DNA of 64,000 nucleotides, taken from the NCBI GenBank assembly GCA_043228905.1, contig JBHGNT010000011.1:10416001-10480000 (forward strand), written 5' to 3'. Positions within the stretch are counted from its first letter, which is position 1. Every line of letters begins with the position of its first letter. This document shows positions 11,773 to 23,728 of the stretch, one piece after another. The position numbers were made by a program, and so were the translations under genes. The notes below the pieces were generated by a model, which was not told the DNA's origin, did no database searches, and was given only the letters and a program-made list of their open reading frames with translations. The stretch comes from Azolla caroliniana. Its lineage: Eukaryota > Plantae > Polypodiophyta.

Positions 11773-12653
11773 GTACACAGAGAGAGATTAAAAGCAAGAA
11801 AAACAGGAATCTGATTACTATAGTCAGTAGCTTACAACCGGCAACCCGGTAACGGACCCGACACATGGTCCTACTCACACACACCGACGACAACCACACG
11901 ACTCGAAGAAACAAGAGGGGAAAGGGGAAGGAGAGAGACTCTACTGGAAGCACACGGTGTCGTGAAGATTTTCGTCCACAAGCGGAAACCCGAGCAACGA
12001 GAGCCAAAGAGCGATGTGCAACGTTGCACACGTACATAATGTATTTGTAATAATAATAGGGGTAAAGGGTATGGTGCTAGAAATGCCCCATAAGATCCCT
12101 AAGGTATAAAGGCGATGTGGTCTTGTGCGCACATCCACGCGAGAGAGAGAGAGAGGTACTATGCGGTACATAGGTACCTAGTTGTTTGTGAGGAGGTGGG
12201 AGTTAAGGGGCCATCAATCTCACCCTCCCCAAATCAAGGCAAATATCCCCTTTGAATGAAAGGGGATATTTTAGTCTCGCTTTTGTAAACGGTCTTCCCT
12301 CCTTGTGCTATAAAAGGAGAGGGAAGGCACCGTTGTGAGTGTTGCCTATTTTGAGTGTGCGAGGTATACCACATAGGTCGAGCGTTAGGGTTAGGGTTAG
12401 GGTTTCTTTATCTTGATCTTGATCTTCGTCGGTTAGGGTTTTCGAGTAGTCGTTTGGTGCGGCCTATGTGGCCACCATTTTGTAATCGCTCACTTCGTTT
12501 TAATATATCTTGTTCGATCTAATCTCTTGTTCATTCTTCTTCTTCTCGAGCAAAGCTTCCATTCCATGTCCAATTCCTTCTCCTCTACTCCTTAGTCCAA
12601 GATCCCCGTGGTCCCGCCCTTCTCCACGCACGTGCGTGGCAATGCGACATATT

Positions 12654-12671
12654 TGGTGAGCCCGACGTGAA
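12654..12671 (+). promoter_or_regulatory. tRNA-Trp PBS of element C
   Basis: TGGTGAGCCCGACGTGAA, 1 mismatch to the complement of the plant tRNA-Trp 3' end as I recall it (TTCACGTCGGGTTCACCA). Confidence 0.85.
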
Positions 12672-12693
12672 GAGGCGGCAAGGGAGGAAGGAG

Positions 12694-14565
12694 ATGGAAG
12701 CCGGAGACATCGCGGAAGTAATTACGAGAATGGCAAGGGATTTCGCAAGAAGGAGAGAAAGACGGGAAGAGGCGTACAAGTACGATCGACGCGAGTTCGA
12801 TCTATGGGTGTCGTCGGCAAAGGCTCCTCGAAGCGCAATGAAGGCATTCCGGGAGTTCGATCTCCGTATTTCCCAACTTTCAGTCCGGGATCAAGAATCG
12901 GTGGGGGCGGACAAGGTCCCACTATTCTTGAAGTTGGTCAATGAAAGGGGAAGAATGGCCATTTTTCCCTACCTCGAAGACGATGAAGGGGCGTACGGCC
13001 TCACCGAAGATTGGAACGAGGTGGAATGGGCGTGCATACAATGCGATGAGAGGCGGTCGGCCACAACGTGGCCCGCGAGCGGCGGAGAAGAGAGAGCGGC
13101 GACCGACTACGCACTACCGCCGGAAGAGAGCTCAACGCAAATCGGTTCGGAGGAGCTCGACATCGAAGCCTTGGTGCGGGAAGCATACAAGATCGTAGAG
13201 GCACAAATCGAAGCCGAAGAAGGCCTTATTGCGGAGTCGAGGCCGAGCGGATCAGAGGATGAGGAGGCCGAAAGAGAATGGTACAACGGTACCACGGGAG
13301 AGGGTGCGGAGCGAGCCACCCTCTCGACATGCGGAGAAAGATCGACCGAGGACGAGGTCGGGGACGGTGAGGCGGCGATTGCCGGTTCAAGCGGACATGA
13401 GGGAGTTCAGGCATGGAGGACCGAAACATCGAGCGGGGAGAAGACGGGCGGTGGTGCCGGGACCTTACGCACACCGGGCCTAGAGACTCCCGCAACCGGC
13501 CCGAGAGCCGGTGTGAGACTTAGAGTGACGGGCGGTGGCGGCGGCAAGGCGGGCGACCACGATGGTGACATGGGAGAGGGTGCGGAAAGAGCGACTCTCT
13601 CGTCTTGTGGCGAATGGATGGCCATGGAGGCCGGTAACTACGGATTCGGGACATGGCGGCCCGAAACATCGAGTGAGGAGGAGACAAGCGGCGGTGCCGC
13701 GACCTTACACACACCGGCCCTAGAGGCACCGGCGGTCGGCCCGATTGCCGGTGTGAGACCTAAAGCGACGGGCGGTGGCGGCGGCAAGGAGGGCAACCGA
13801 GACAACGGTAAGGAGACCGTGGAAGAGGAGGCGGCAAGCATAATTGATGCTTGCATATACGGAGGCGGGGTAGCCACGGACGACGATGTCCGAATGGAGG
13901 TGGCTACAGGCATAGCATCGACAAGCAACGGCGTTGCTACCTTACACGCACCAGTTCAAGAGACCCCGGCGGCCGGCCCGAGTGCCCGCGTGAGACCTAG
14001 GGTAACGAACGGTGGCGGTGGCAAGGCGGGCGACCACGGCGACGATGTGGGAGAGGGTGCGGAGCAAGCGACCATCTTGACTTGTGGAAAGAGGACGGCC
14101 ATGGATGAGGCCGATATCTACGGAGCAATGGACGCCACTTCGAGTGTGGGCGAAAGTTTCGGGACGCGGTTGCCCGAAACGTTCTACGAGGATTTCGCGA
14201 GCATACTCGAGGCTTGTGAAATCAAGGAAGAAGAAGAGACAAGTGGCGGTGCCGTGACCTTCCACACGCCGGTCCTAGAGACTCCAGCAACCGGCCAGAG
14301 AGCCGGTGTGAGACCTAGAGAGACGGACGGTGGCGGCGGCAAGGCAGGCAACCAAAATGACGAAGAGGAGGTTTGTAGCGGACGGAGGCGAGATCCCTCG
14401 ACATCGGAGCCGGAGACTTCGGCAGTTGCGCCCGAGCGTGGACATAAGACAGGGGAGATGGGCGGTGGCCATGAGAATGAGAGGCCCGGAGTGGGCACGT
14501 GCGAAAAGACCGAAGGAGAGGCCCGGAGCGGCATCGAGGAGCGAGTCGGGAACCGACCCGACTGA
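12694..14565 (+). CDS. Element C ORF1: partial Gag (C-terminal part of the capsid region) fused to acidic Gly-rich repeats
   Basis: N-terminus DRREFDLWV..EFDLRISQLS..LEDDEGAYGLTEDWNEVEWAC aligns with gag of H and N; then about 4 repeats ETPATGPRAGVRPRxTGGGGGKAG. Confidence 0.7.
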   Translation: MEAGDIAEVITRMARDFARRRERREEAYKYDRREFDLWVSSAKAPRSAMKAFREFDLRISQLSVRDQESVGADKVPLFLKLVNERGRMAIFPYLEDDEGAYGLTEDWNEVEWACIQCDERRSATTWPASGGEERAATDYALPPEESSTQIGSEELDIEALVREAYKIVEAQIEAEEGLIAESRPSGSEDEEAEREWYNGTTGEGAERATLSTCGERSTEDEVGDGEAAIAGSSGHEGVQAWRTETSSGEKTGGGAGTLRTPGLETPATGPRAGVRLRVTGGGGGKAGDHDGDMGEGAERATLSSCGEWMAMEAGNYGFGTWRPETSSEEETSGGAATLHTPALEAPAVGPIAGVRPKATGGGGGKEGNRDNGKETVEEEAASIIDACIYGGGVATDDDVRMEVATGIASTSNGVATLHAPVQETPAAGPSARVRPRVTNGGGGKAGDHGDDVGEGAEQATILTCGKRTAMDEADIYGAMDATSSVGESFGTRLPETFYEDFASILEACEIKEEEETSGGAVTFHTPVLETPATGQRAGVRPRETDGGGGKAGNQNDEEEVCSGRRRDPSTSEPETSAVAPERGHKTGEMGGGHENERPGVGTCEKTEGEARSGIEERVGNRPD

Positions 14566-14688
14566 AAAATAAGCCGGTCGGTAATCCGACCCGACCGGGA
14601 GGCGGAGCGGAAGAAGAGTGAAGCGGGGTCTGGTCAACCGGGCCCAAACCGAAGAAGAACCGGCAAGGCCGGATTTGCGTGGACAAAC

Positions 14689-16044
14689 ATGTACCGGCCG
14701 GTTACGATTACGGAAGGGAGCCGACCAAACCGGAACTCGATCGATCGAGACCGATCCGGGCGAAGGCTAAGTTGGCATGATTGGAGATCGGGGAGGATGG
14801 GTCACAACACGCGACGCGAACCGGTGAGCGTATTGAGGAGGCCTAGTGGGCACGGTGATCACGGCTTGCTAGAAGACCGAGAGCGAGAGGGACCTTCCAC
14901 ACCCATTCTAGAGACTTCGGCGGTTGTGGATCAACGTGAGACCGGAGAGACGGCGGGTGGCGGCGACGAGTCGGAGGTCGAAGCGGACAAAGTTATCGGA
15001 GCGGGTATCCGGTATGAGATGATGGATGAGCAGGTCCAAGATGGCGAGCCCGGGTCGGAACGGGCTACGGTGACAAAGGAAGAAGTGGCCGACGCGGAGG
15101 TCGGGTCTATGGCGGATGAAGGGCGTAACACGAAGCATGCATTACGGTCGGTGAAGGGCCCAAGAACGAGCATGCATCCGAGAGAGCGTCAACGAGTGAC
15201 CGAAAATGGTGGACCGATTGAGCCTTTGAGAGGCGAGGACTCGGTGGTGGACCGAGAGTGGGAGGAACCCTCCACACCTACCCGTGAGGCATCGGCGGTC
15301 GTAGATCGAAAGGAGAACGAAGAAACAGTGGGTGGCGGTGAGGAGTTGGAGACCGACGCGGAGGTCGGGTCTACGGCAGAAACGCGACATGAGATGCATG
15401 CAATACGGCCGGTGGAGGGCCAAGACACAAGCATGCATACGGCGGATGGGCGACAACGATTGACCGACGATGACGGTCGGGTCAAGCCTTCGAGAAGCAA
15501 GCGCGGGACGAAGGACGGCACGGCGAAACACCAAGACCGACGACATGGGCCGAGCGCGATCGACATGAGCGGAGAGTCGTGTCTTGAGAACCGAAGAAGG
15601 TGCGCGGAGAGCAACGGGCTACACGCCGGGAAGAAGAAGCGCGGCTTCCCGGAGGGCATGCAAGGCCAAGCGGGCCAAGAGGGCGCAAGTCGAGGCGAAG
15701 CGGTAACGAGAGCCTCGAAGGACACCGACACGGAGGTTGGGATGACAGTACGCTCTACCGCGAGAGAGCACGGCGAACAACGGGGAAAGCCTACGGAAGG
15801 CAAGCGCGGAGCGGAGAGAATCGGCACGCCGAGGTGTGCGGCACGCAAAGGGTGGAATCCGGCATGCGACCGGGAGCACATCCGGAGGATATACGAGGCG
15901 GACAGAGGAAGCGCAACTGGGTCGGCGACGGCTTTCGGGAGGACCGAATGGGGAGGAAAGCACGGGCATCGGATACGACGGGTCGGATGTAGTTGCTGGT
16001 TCAAGGACCCACGGTGGACGTGGCGGATCGGGTGGAGGCAATGA
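14689..16044 (+). CDS. Element C ORF2: low-complexity acidic repeat ORF
   Basis: 451-aa ORF with repeated PSTPILETSAVVDQRETGETAGGG, a motif shared with the element N ORF; coding status uncertain. Confidence 0.4.
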   Translation: MYRPVTITEGSRPNRNSIDRDRSGRRLSWHDWRSGRMGHNTRREPVSVLRRPSGHGDHGLLEDREREGPSTPILETSAVVDQRETGETAGGGDESEVEADKVIGAGIRYEMMDEQVQDGEPGSERATVTKEEVADAEVGSMADEGRNTKHALRSVKGPRTSMHPRERQRVTENGGPIEPLRGEDSVVDREWEEPSTPTREASAVVDRKENEETVGGGEELETDAEVGSTAETRHEMHAIRPVEGQDTSMHTADGRQRLTDDDGRVKPSRSKRGTKDGTAKHQDRRHGPSAIDMSGESCLENRRRCAESNGLHAGKKKRGFPEGMQGQAGQEGASRGEAVTRASKDTDTEVGMTVRSTAREHGEQRGKPTEGKRGAERIGTPRCAARKGWNPACDREHIRRIYEADRGSATGSATAFGRTEWGGKHGHRIRRVGCSCWFKDPRWTWRIGWRQ

Positions 16045-17444
16045 CTCGGCAAACATCGTCGAGTGTGGCGGGTCGGATGGCTCCGACGGTTCGAGACCAT
16101 TCGGCGAGGATGGTGGACTGGAAGGCAACGGTGGTTCGTGTGGACAGGGTGGTCTTGCTCCAAGTTGAGGACAAAACCGGGCGAGCCCACGAGGACGCTA
16201 AGGACTCGTCTGGTCGCCGTGGCCGAAAATCTCGTGTTCTCTCCCCTATGTTTTGGCACATACCGGTGGATGTGCGGTTAGGTGGGGGCGGATGTCGTGA
16301 AGATTTTCGTCCACAAGCGGAAACCCGAGCAACGAGAGCCAAAGAGCGATGTGCAACGTTGCACACGTACATAATGTATTTGTAAGAATAATAGGGGTAA
16401 AGGGTATGGTGCTAGAAATGCCCCATAAGATCCCTAAGGTATAAAGGCGATGTGGTCTTGTGCGCACATCCACGCAAGAGAGAGAGAGAGGTACTATGCG
16501 GTACATAGGTACCTAGTTGTTTGTGAGGAGGTGGGAGTTAAGGGGCCATCAATCTCACCCTCCCCAAATCAAGGCAAATATCCCCTTTGAATGAAAGGGG
16601 ATATTTTAGTCTCGCTTTTGTAAACGGTCTTCCCTCCTTGTGCTATAAAAGGAGAGGGAAGGCACCGTTGTGAGTGTTGCCTATTTTGAGTGTGCGAGGT
16701 ATACCACATAGGTCAAGCGTTAGGGTTAGGGTTAGGGTTTCTTTATCTTGATCTTGATCTTCGTCGGTTAGGGTTTTCGAGTAGTCATTTGGTGTGGCCT
16801 ATGTGGCCACCATTTTGTAATCGTTCACTTCGTTTTAAGATATCTTGTTCGATCTAATCTCTTGTTCATTCTTCTTCTTCTCGAGCAAAGCTTCCATTGC
16901 ATGTCCAATTCCTTCTCCTCTACTCCTTAGTCCAAGACCCCCGTGGTCCCACCCTTCTCCACGCACACGTGTAGGAACGCGACAATGGGCTGTCCACGAA
17001 GCAGAGGTAGCGAACTCCCGACAACCGGCAGAGAACGACGATTTGAGGAGAGAGAGAGTCCGGCACTCGGTTCTGCCGCAACACTTCGTCCTCGCCAACG
17101 CGCGATATTTTCTCTCCCTTCTCTCCTCTCCTTAAATAGTTCCCAAAACGGGGTGCCCTTTCTTCCTAGTCAAATCGCTTTATTCCCTGTCTCTTCTGAC
17201 TGAGATACACACAATCCCCTAATAAATGTGTACTACTTAGTATTTACATCAACCGATCCATTTATGAATCATGTACAAAATATCAAAATATCAATTCATG
17301 CGCCCATCCGTGTAAGAGCCGGTTCATGCGCCTTTTTCTCCAATTCCGCCTATGCCCGGTTTTCTTCACGACATCTCCACCCCCACCAAACCGCACATCC
17401 ACTGGCATGTGCCAGAGACAAGTAGATACCGAAGAAAACCGGCT

Positions 17445-20400
17445 TCACTCGTTGTTCTTTGATTCTCCGCCGGGCCCAAACTGATCGTCGTTATCGCTCC
17501 CGCTCGCAGGCTCCGGCTCATCTTCGAACCACTTCTTGAACGCTTTGATCCGCTTCCCGGCCACCGGCTCCGCTAACCGTGTCCCGTCGAGTTCCGCGAG
17601 GTGGTACGTGCCGTTGTCATTGCGCACGTCACCGTGTAGGGCCTGAAGCATCTCCTAACGAACTTTTGCACCGCCTTGTGTTGATTGTCGAGGCTGTTGT
17701 CGTATACCAAGACCCAGTCGCCTTCCTCAATCTTCTTTGGTCGCAACCGGTGCATCCGGTTGAACCGGGTCTTGTTCCGCTCCCTTGCCGCTCGCAGCTT
17801 TTCCTTCGCCTGTTTCACGTCCTCGGGCCTCCGCTCGAGTTGCCGAATCGGCGCCGCCAACAACTCCTCCTGGCTCATTTCGTCCTTCCAATCTACCGCC
17901 GCCCATGAAGAAACCGTCCGTTCCACTGGCATGATCAACTTCTGTCCATACATCAGCTCTGCTGGCATAAACCCTGTCACCGAATTGTGCGTAGTTCGGT
18001 CCGACCATAGTGCGTAAGGAAGGAGCCGCGACCAATTCCCGACCTACCCTCCGCATGCACGCACCAATGCCTTTACGATCGGCCCGTGCCCACGTTCTAC
18101 CTTTTTGTTCGCCTCCAGATTGTACGCTGTAGTGAGGGATAGTTTGATGCCTAGCCGGTCAAACAACTCCTCAGCTTCCCGCGCATCCAGCTCTCCCCGG
18201 TCTGCCACGATCCTCCCGACGCACCCATACCGACACACTACCTCTTTAATCAGGAACCGGCATACCGCCGTGGTTGTCTTGTTCTGTAGTGCATGGCCTT
18301 CCACCTGGTTCGTTAAGTCTTCCCGTGCAAGTACCAGGTATCGCATCTATCCTACTCCCATCGACATCATCACCAAGTCCACCATCCACTTGAAATGGAC
18401 CATAGGCGGGTAGGTCGGGTGTAGCTCGTCCCGGTGTCGGACTGTGGAGTGCATCTGATAGCTTTTGCAAGTCGTTACGAACCGATGCACGTCATGGTAC
18501 AACCCCGGCCACCAGTACTTCTCCTTCAGCTTCTCGAACATGGCCCACGTTCCACGGTGCCCGGCCCACTGACTCTCGTGAAATGCGGCCAGTAGTTCCT
18601 CCTGTTCTTCTTTCTTTGTCACTACTCGGAGCGGGATGTCAGTTCTCTTCTTTGGGTGCCTCCATATGCACTTGTCCCGTAGGAAGAATTGGTACGCCTT
18701 CTTCCGTACCCGGATCGCCTCTTCTCTCGTCCATGCTGCGCCCGGCGTCATCGTTCGTAGGAACCTCCCGATTTGGAGCCACTCCCTGTCGTACCTGCTT
18801 TCGTCAAATTCGTTAAGCGCCGGAGTGTCCCTTTCCCTCGTTGCTACGTTAGCTGACCCGAAGATGTCCTCGCTGACTTCTTCGTCATCCAAAACCATGC
18901 CGTCTTCATCGTTGAACCTTGCTCTCAAAAGCATGTCGGCCATGGCGTTATCCTTTCCGGAGATGTGCCGTATCTCTGGGTTCAGGGACTTAATGTACAC
19001 TATCCACCGGAGCATTGCTAGGTCCAGCGTCGCGCATCCAGAAACCATGCCGTGTATCGGCAGGCAGTCCGTCTCGACGATCACCTCCGTCCCGATCAGA
19101 TAGTCCTTTTCGGCCTTGACTACCGAAACGACACCCCAAAGCTCGCGCTTAACTTGGGCGTATATTCGTTGCTGCTCGCTCAATACCTTCGCCCTGAACC
19201 AAATCGGGAATCGTACGCCGTCCTTGTCCTCCTGACTGATTACCCACCCGATCCCGGTCGGGCTGGTGTCCACCGTCACGCAAATGGGGACATCCTTGCC
19301 GTAAACCACTTTACGGAGAGCCGACGCTACCATAAGCGCCTCCTTTAGTCTCCGTACCGACTCCGTGTGCTCCGTCCTCCACTCAAAGGTACGCCCCTTT
19401 TTCAATAGTCTGTAGAGGGGTTCCGTGACATGTGCGTAGTGCGATCCGACACGATCCTTTCTCCGATCCGACCCGATCCTTTCTCCGAAGTCTGCGATGA
19501 CTTCGTACATTCCCATTGAACCTACCGGAACGGTCCGGTCTTCTCTAAGGTCTTCACCGATCACCTTTCGCAGTTCGCCCAAGGTGTCATCAAAAGAGAC
19601 CGCCTCCATGGCGCCGCTAACGTCTTCATCGGGGATAGGACTCTGTATCCCCTGAGCCGCTCCTCCGCTTGCTTCCTCTCCCGGCTGCTGACGCCGGTTA
19701 TAGTACAACCTCCGTTTTCGAAGAACCAAAACTTCCTACCTACTGTACATGTGTGGGGTTCTTCCGGTACGTCCGGACTACGAAGGCCCCATGCCTTGAT
19801 AGCCCTCTCTAAAAATCCCCTCGGCTGCCGCCGCTGAGGGTCTCGTGATTCCTCTCATGGTTCGGTCGTACGGTCATGAATTGGACGGAATGCCGACCGT
19901 CCTGGCTCTTGACGTGCGCGTACGCCGAACCGTTATCCAGCACTTTCGTCTCAATGCGCGTTGCCGTAATGTATGGTTCGCCGAGCATCACCCCCACGAA
20001 GAAATGTTGATCTATCTCGATGTCGACGACCTTTACGCATATATTCGGGCACGCCCCATGCAGCTCCTCCGTAGCACGCGTCGCCGCGCATATCCTCCAC
20101 CCGTGCTTGGTGTTGATCGGCCATTTACCCCTCTTGTAGAAATCCATGGACATCAGCTTGATTTCGGATCCATGGTCTATCAAGGCCACCACCGGTTCCG
20201 GAACGTCGCCGATCCGCACAAGGGTTTCTGTAGTTGCCCTGGCCCAGTGCGGCTTCGCGTAGTGGCTTTCCGCCAACTCGTTTTCCAGGTCCGCGTCCTC
20301 TATGTGCGTCGTTCGCACTTCCACCGGTTTCTCCGGCTCTGGCTCCGTCGATAGCCTTTTCCTCTTCACCAAGTCTACGATGGAGTCGTGGAACTCCTTC

Positions 20401-21409
20401 TTGGCGATCCCGAGCACTTCCCTCAACGACAACTCCACTTTGCTATCGAGGATACGTTCCTCCAGGACCTTTCGCAGGTCTGTGGTCCTTTCGATTTCGG
20501 TGCTCAACCGAAACCCCGCCTGCTTCTTTCCATCTGGTGCACCTGGCTTGCCGGCACTGGTCTCATACCTCTGCGGGGAACCCACCCCCCGGCCTTGCTT
20601 GCCCGTTTTTCTTCCACCAGAACCTCGTAGTTCTGGCAAGCGGCTTCTACGAAGCCCGTTTTCTCTTTGACCGGATCTTCCCATCCGGTGACCTCCTGGA
20701 CCCGTTGTTCCACGCGGTCTGCCTCTTCCTTCTTCAGCTGAACTCCGGAGAAGCCTTCTAGCACTAGTGGCCAGAATCCAGAGTCCTTCACCTTTCGGGA
20801 CTCGTCGCCCCCGACCCGAATTCCTGCCGACACTGAGTAGTTAACGGCTTCAACGTGCCGTTCTGCGGTCTCTTCCATCAACCTCTTCATTCCGCCGCGC
20901 CCCGTATTTAGTTCTAGGGCTCTCCGGGTCTCGCTCGCGTGCATCCGCCCGTTCCAGAGGTACACCATGTTGGTCCTGAGCACGTCGGCAAAATCTGCGC
21001 AATCCTTCCGAATGTGACCGATCGCATCACACCACATGCACCGCTGCCCAGCTGACGGCCTCCGATCGCGAGGTTGTTCGCCGCTGTCTCTCCGGGCCTG
21101 TGCGATCTGCAGGTCGCACATCATCTATGTCAGCTCCTCCAGAGCCGCTCCTCAAGGTGGGCCTCTGACCACATCATTTGACGCTGACACCGAATCTAGC
21201 CAGATTCGGGTCTCTTCCTTTCTACCGGCTGGCACCGATACCGGCTCCTCGAGCCTCCTCGTCGGGACTATAGTGCCGACGATCGATTCAACAGCTCTGT
21301 CAAGGGTACTCGTCCCCTCACGAGCGCTTACCAGCCGATCGACGGCTACAACCATTGCCTCTGCTAGCTCCGATCTCCTCATCTTTCGACTCCTTTGCCA
21401 CCTTTTCAC
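17445..21409 (-). pseudogene. pol: Element B gag remnant, zinc knuckle, protease, RNase H and integrase; RT absent
   Basis: RCMWCDAIGHIRKDC; ALIDHGSEIKLM; VTVDTSPTGIG; AGHRGTW..CKSYQ; VADRGEL; deletion junction near 19440. Confidence 0.85.
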
Positions 21410-21422
21410 GTCGGGTTCACCA
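21405..21422 (-). promoter_or_regulatory. tRNA-Trp PBS of element B
   Basis: Minus strand reads TGGTGAACCCGACGTGAA 4 nt after the LTR CA. Confidence 0.9.
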
Positions 21423-21499
21423 AATATGTCGCATTGTTACGCGCGTGCGTGGAGAAAGAGGCTGGACCACGGGGGTCTCGAACCAAGGAGAGAGAGAGA

Positions 21500-21536
<37 letters not shown>

Positions 21537-22105
21537 GTACACAGAGAGAGATTAAGAGCAAGAAAAATAGGAATTTGATTACTATAGTCAGTAGCTTACA
21601 ACCGGCAACCCGATAACGGACCGAACACGGGGTCCTACTCACGCACACCGACGACAACCACACGACTCGAAGAAACAAGACGGAAAAGGGGAAGGAGAGA
21701 GACTGTGTTGGAAGCACACGGGCTGTCCACGAAGCAGAGGCAGCGAACTCCCGACACCCGCAGAGAACAACGATTTGAGGAGAGAGAGAGACCAGCACTC
21801 GGTTCTGCCGCAACATTTCGTCCTCGCCAATGCGCGATATCTTCTCTCCCTTCTCTCCTCTCCTTAAATAGTTCCCAAAAGGGGGTGCCCTTTCTCCCTA
21901 GTCAAATCGCTTTATTCCCTGTCTCTTCTGACAGAGATACGCACAATCCCCTAATAAATGTGTACTACTTAATATTTACATCAGTCGATCCATTTATGAA
22001 TCATGTACAAAATATCAAAATATCAATTCATGCGCCCATCCGTGTAAGAGCCAGTTCATGCACCTTTTTCTCCGATTCTGCCTATGCCCGGTTTTCTTCA
22101 CGATA

Positions 22106-23489
22106 GCGACTCGTAGCGAAAGGCTACGCACAAACACACGACGTTGACTACGAAGAGACCTTTTCCCTAGTGGCAAAGATGACGACGGTACAGACCGTAA
22201 TTGTGCTTGTCGTGGCGAAAAGGTGGCACCTCCATCAAATGGACGTCAAGAACACCTTTCTACAAGGTGAATTAGAAGAGGTGTACATGATACAACCACC
22301 CGGTTTCAACTCGAGCACCCATCCGAAGGCTGTATGCCGACTCAAGAAGCCACTCTACGTCCTCAAGCAAGCACCGCGTGCTTGGCATTCGAAGATAACG
22401 CAATATCTTCATCAAATCGGCTTCCGTATGTCAAAATCGGACAACTCCCTCTACATACGAAGCAATTCCGCAAGTCTGATCGTCATCATCTTATATGTGG
22501 ATGACGTAGTCATTGGAGGCGAGCATCTTGTTGAAATGAATAAGGTCAAATCCCTCCTTTCCCACAAGTTCGAGATGACGGACATGAAGGAGCTCCACTA
22601 CTTCCTCGGCATTGACGTAATTCGGACTTCGGCCGAAATCATGATCTCTCAACGGCACTACAACCTTAACTTGTTATACAAGTTCGGTATGGCTGAGTGC
22701 AAATCCGCGGCAACCCCGCCCGATCGCAATCTCAAACTAGATGCGAACTCCGGCACCAAAGCGTGTGAGTCGACTCAGTATCGGCAACTCATCAGGAGTC
22801 TCATCTACCTCACGATCACTCGACCCGATCTCAGTTATCCGGTCAATCTCCTTAGCCAATTCATGCAAACACCGTGTGATGCTCACTTGGATTGCACTAA
22901 ACGAGTTCTATGATACGTGAGCAGCACAATGGATTGCGGCATCCTGTACAAGACCGCGATGCCAATACGACTCGAGGGGTACACAAAAGCCGATTGGGCT
23001 GGCTACAAAGCTGATAGAAGATCAACCTCCATATTTGTCTTCTCCCTCAGCAGCGGAGCAATATCCTGGAGTAGCAAAAAGCAACCAATCGTCGCTCTTT
23101 CAAGCACAAAGGCGGAATACAGGGGCGCGACAATGGCCGCATGTGAAGCCATATGGCTCAAGAGGATTTTGAAGGATCTGGGTGTACCCATCAAGGATCT
23201 GACTTCCCTTTACTACGACAACATGAGCAGTATCTATCTGGCTTGGAACCCGGTGTTCCACGCGTGGACAAAGCACATCGAAGTGCACAATCACTTCATT
23301 CGAGAGCGCGTTCTACAACACATCCGAGGCGATGTCGACCTACAACACATTAGCACCAATCTTCAAACGGCCGACATTTTCACTAAAGCTTTAGGAGCCA
23401 ACAAGCTATGGCAATTCATGATCGAGCTCGGATTGACGATCCCTGACCTGCCAAGCTTGAGGGGGAGTACTGAAGACACTACACAATAA
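22106..23489 (+). pseudogene. Copia-1 RT and RNase H
   Basis: HQMDVKNTFL, LYVDD, ISWSSKKQ, KHIEV, ADIFTKAL. Confidence 0.93.
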
Positions 23490-23728
23490 CGCGTGGATTA
23501 CGTAACCATGCAACGAAGCCGTGAAGAGCCGATCTACCGCGCAAAGCCGCGAAGAAAGACGCAAGCCGAAGCACAGACTTCGCAACTACGCACAACGCGA
23601 GTTGGAGCACGGATTCCACAACTCCACATAAATGTGAGTCGACACGAGTCGACGTGGACTCCAGAACGCGAGTCGAAGCAGATTTCGGATACCATTTGAT
23701 ACCGACCCGACTTGAGCTTGAGGGGGCG

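Larger units (their letters stand above)
11958..16984 (+). mobile_element. Non-autonomous LTR element C (Gag fragment only, no pol), inserted in the 3' LTR of B
   Basis: 692-bp LTRs 11958-12649 and 16293-16984, roughly 97-98% identical by eye; TSD ACGG/ATGG; PBS at 12654; PPT GGTTAGGTGGGGGCGGA before 16293. Confidence 0.93.
11651..22105 (-). mobile_element. Gypsy element B (tRNA-Trp PBS, 4-bp TSD), internally deleted, inserted in Copia-1 RT
   Basis: LTRs 21427-22105 and 11651-11957 plus 16989-17373; TSD GCGA at 11647-11650 and 22106-22109; removal restores YKARLVAKG. Confidence 0.92.

Noticed and set aside
11564-12037. ORFs with ER/SL/HT dipeptide runs (also 21355-21816, 26756-27169, 27988-28314, 36598-36915)
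   Set aside because: Translations of (GA)n, (CA)n and (GAA)n microsatellites inside LTRs or the MITE.
12385-12402. Interstitial telomere or chromosome-healing site
   Set aside because: Only three units, present in both LTRs, so part of the element.
15189-16259. 356-aa antisense ORF in element C
   Set aside because: GC-rich shadow frame; the homologous frame in M is shorter and shows no recognisable domain.
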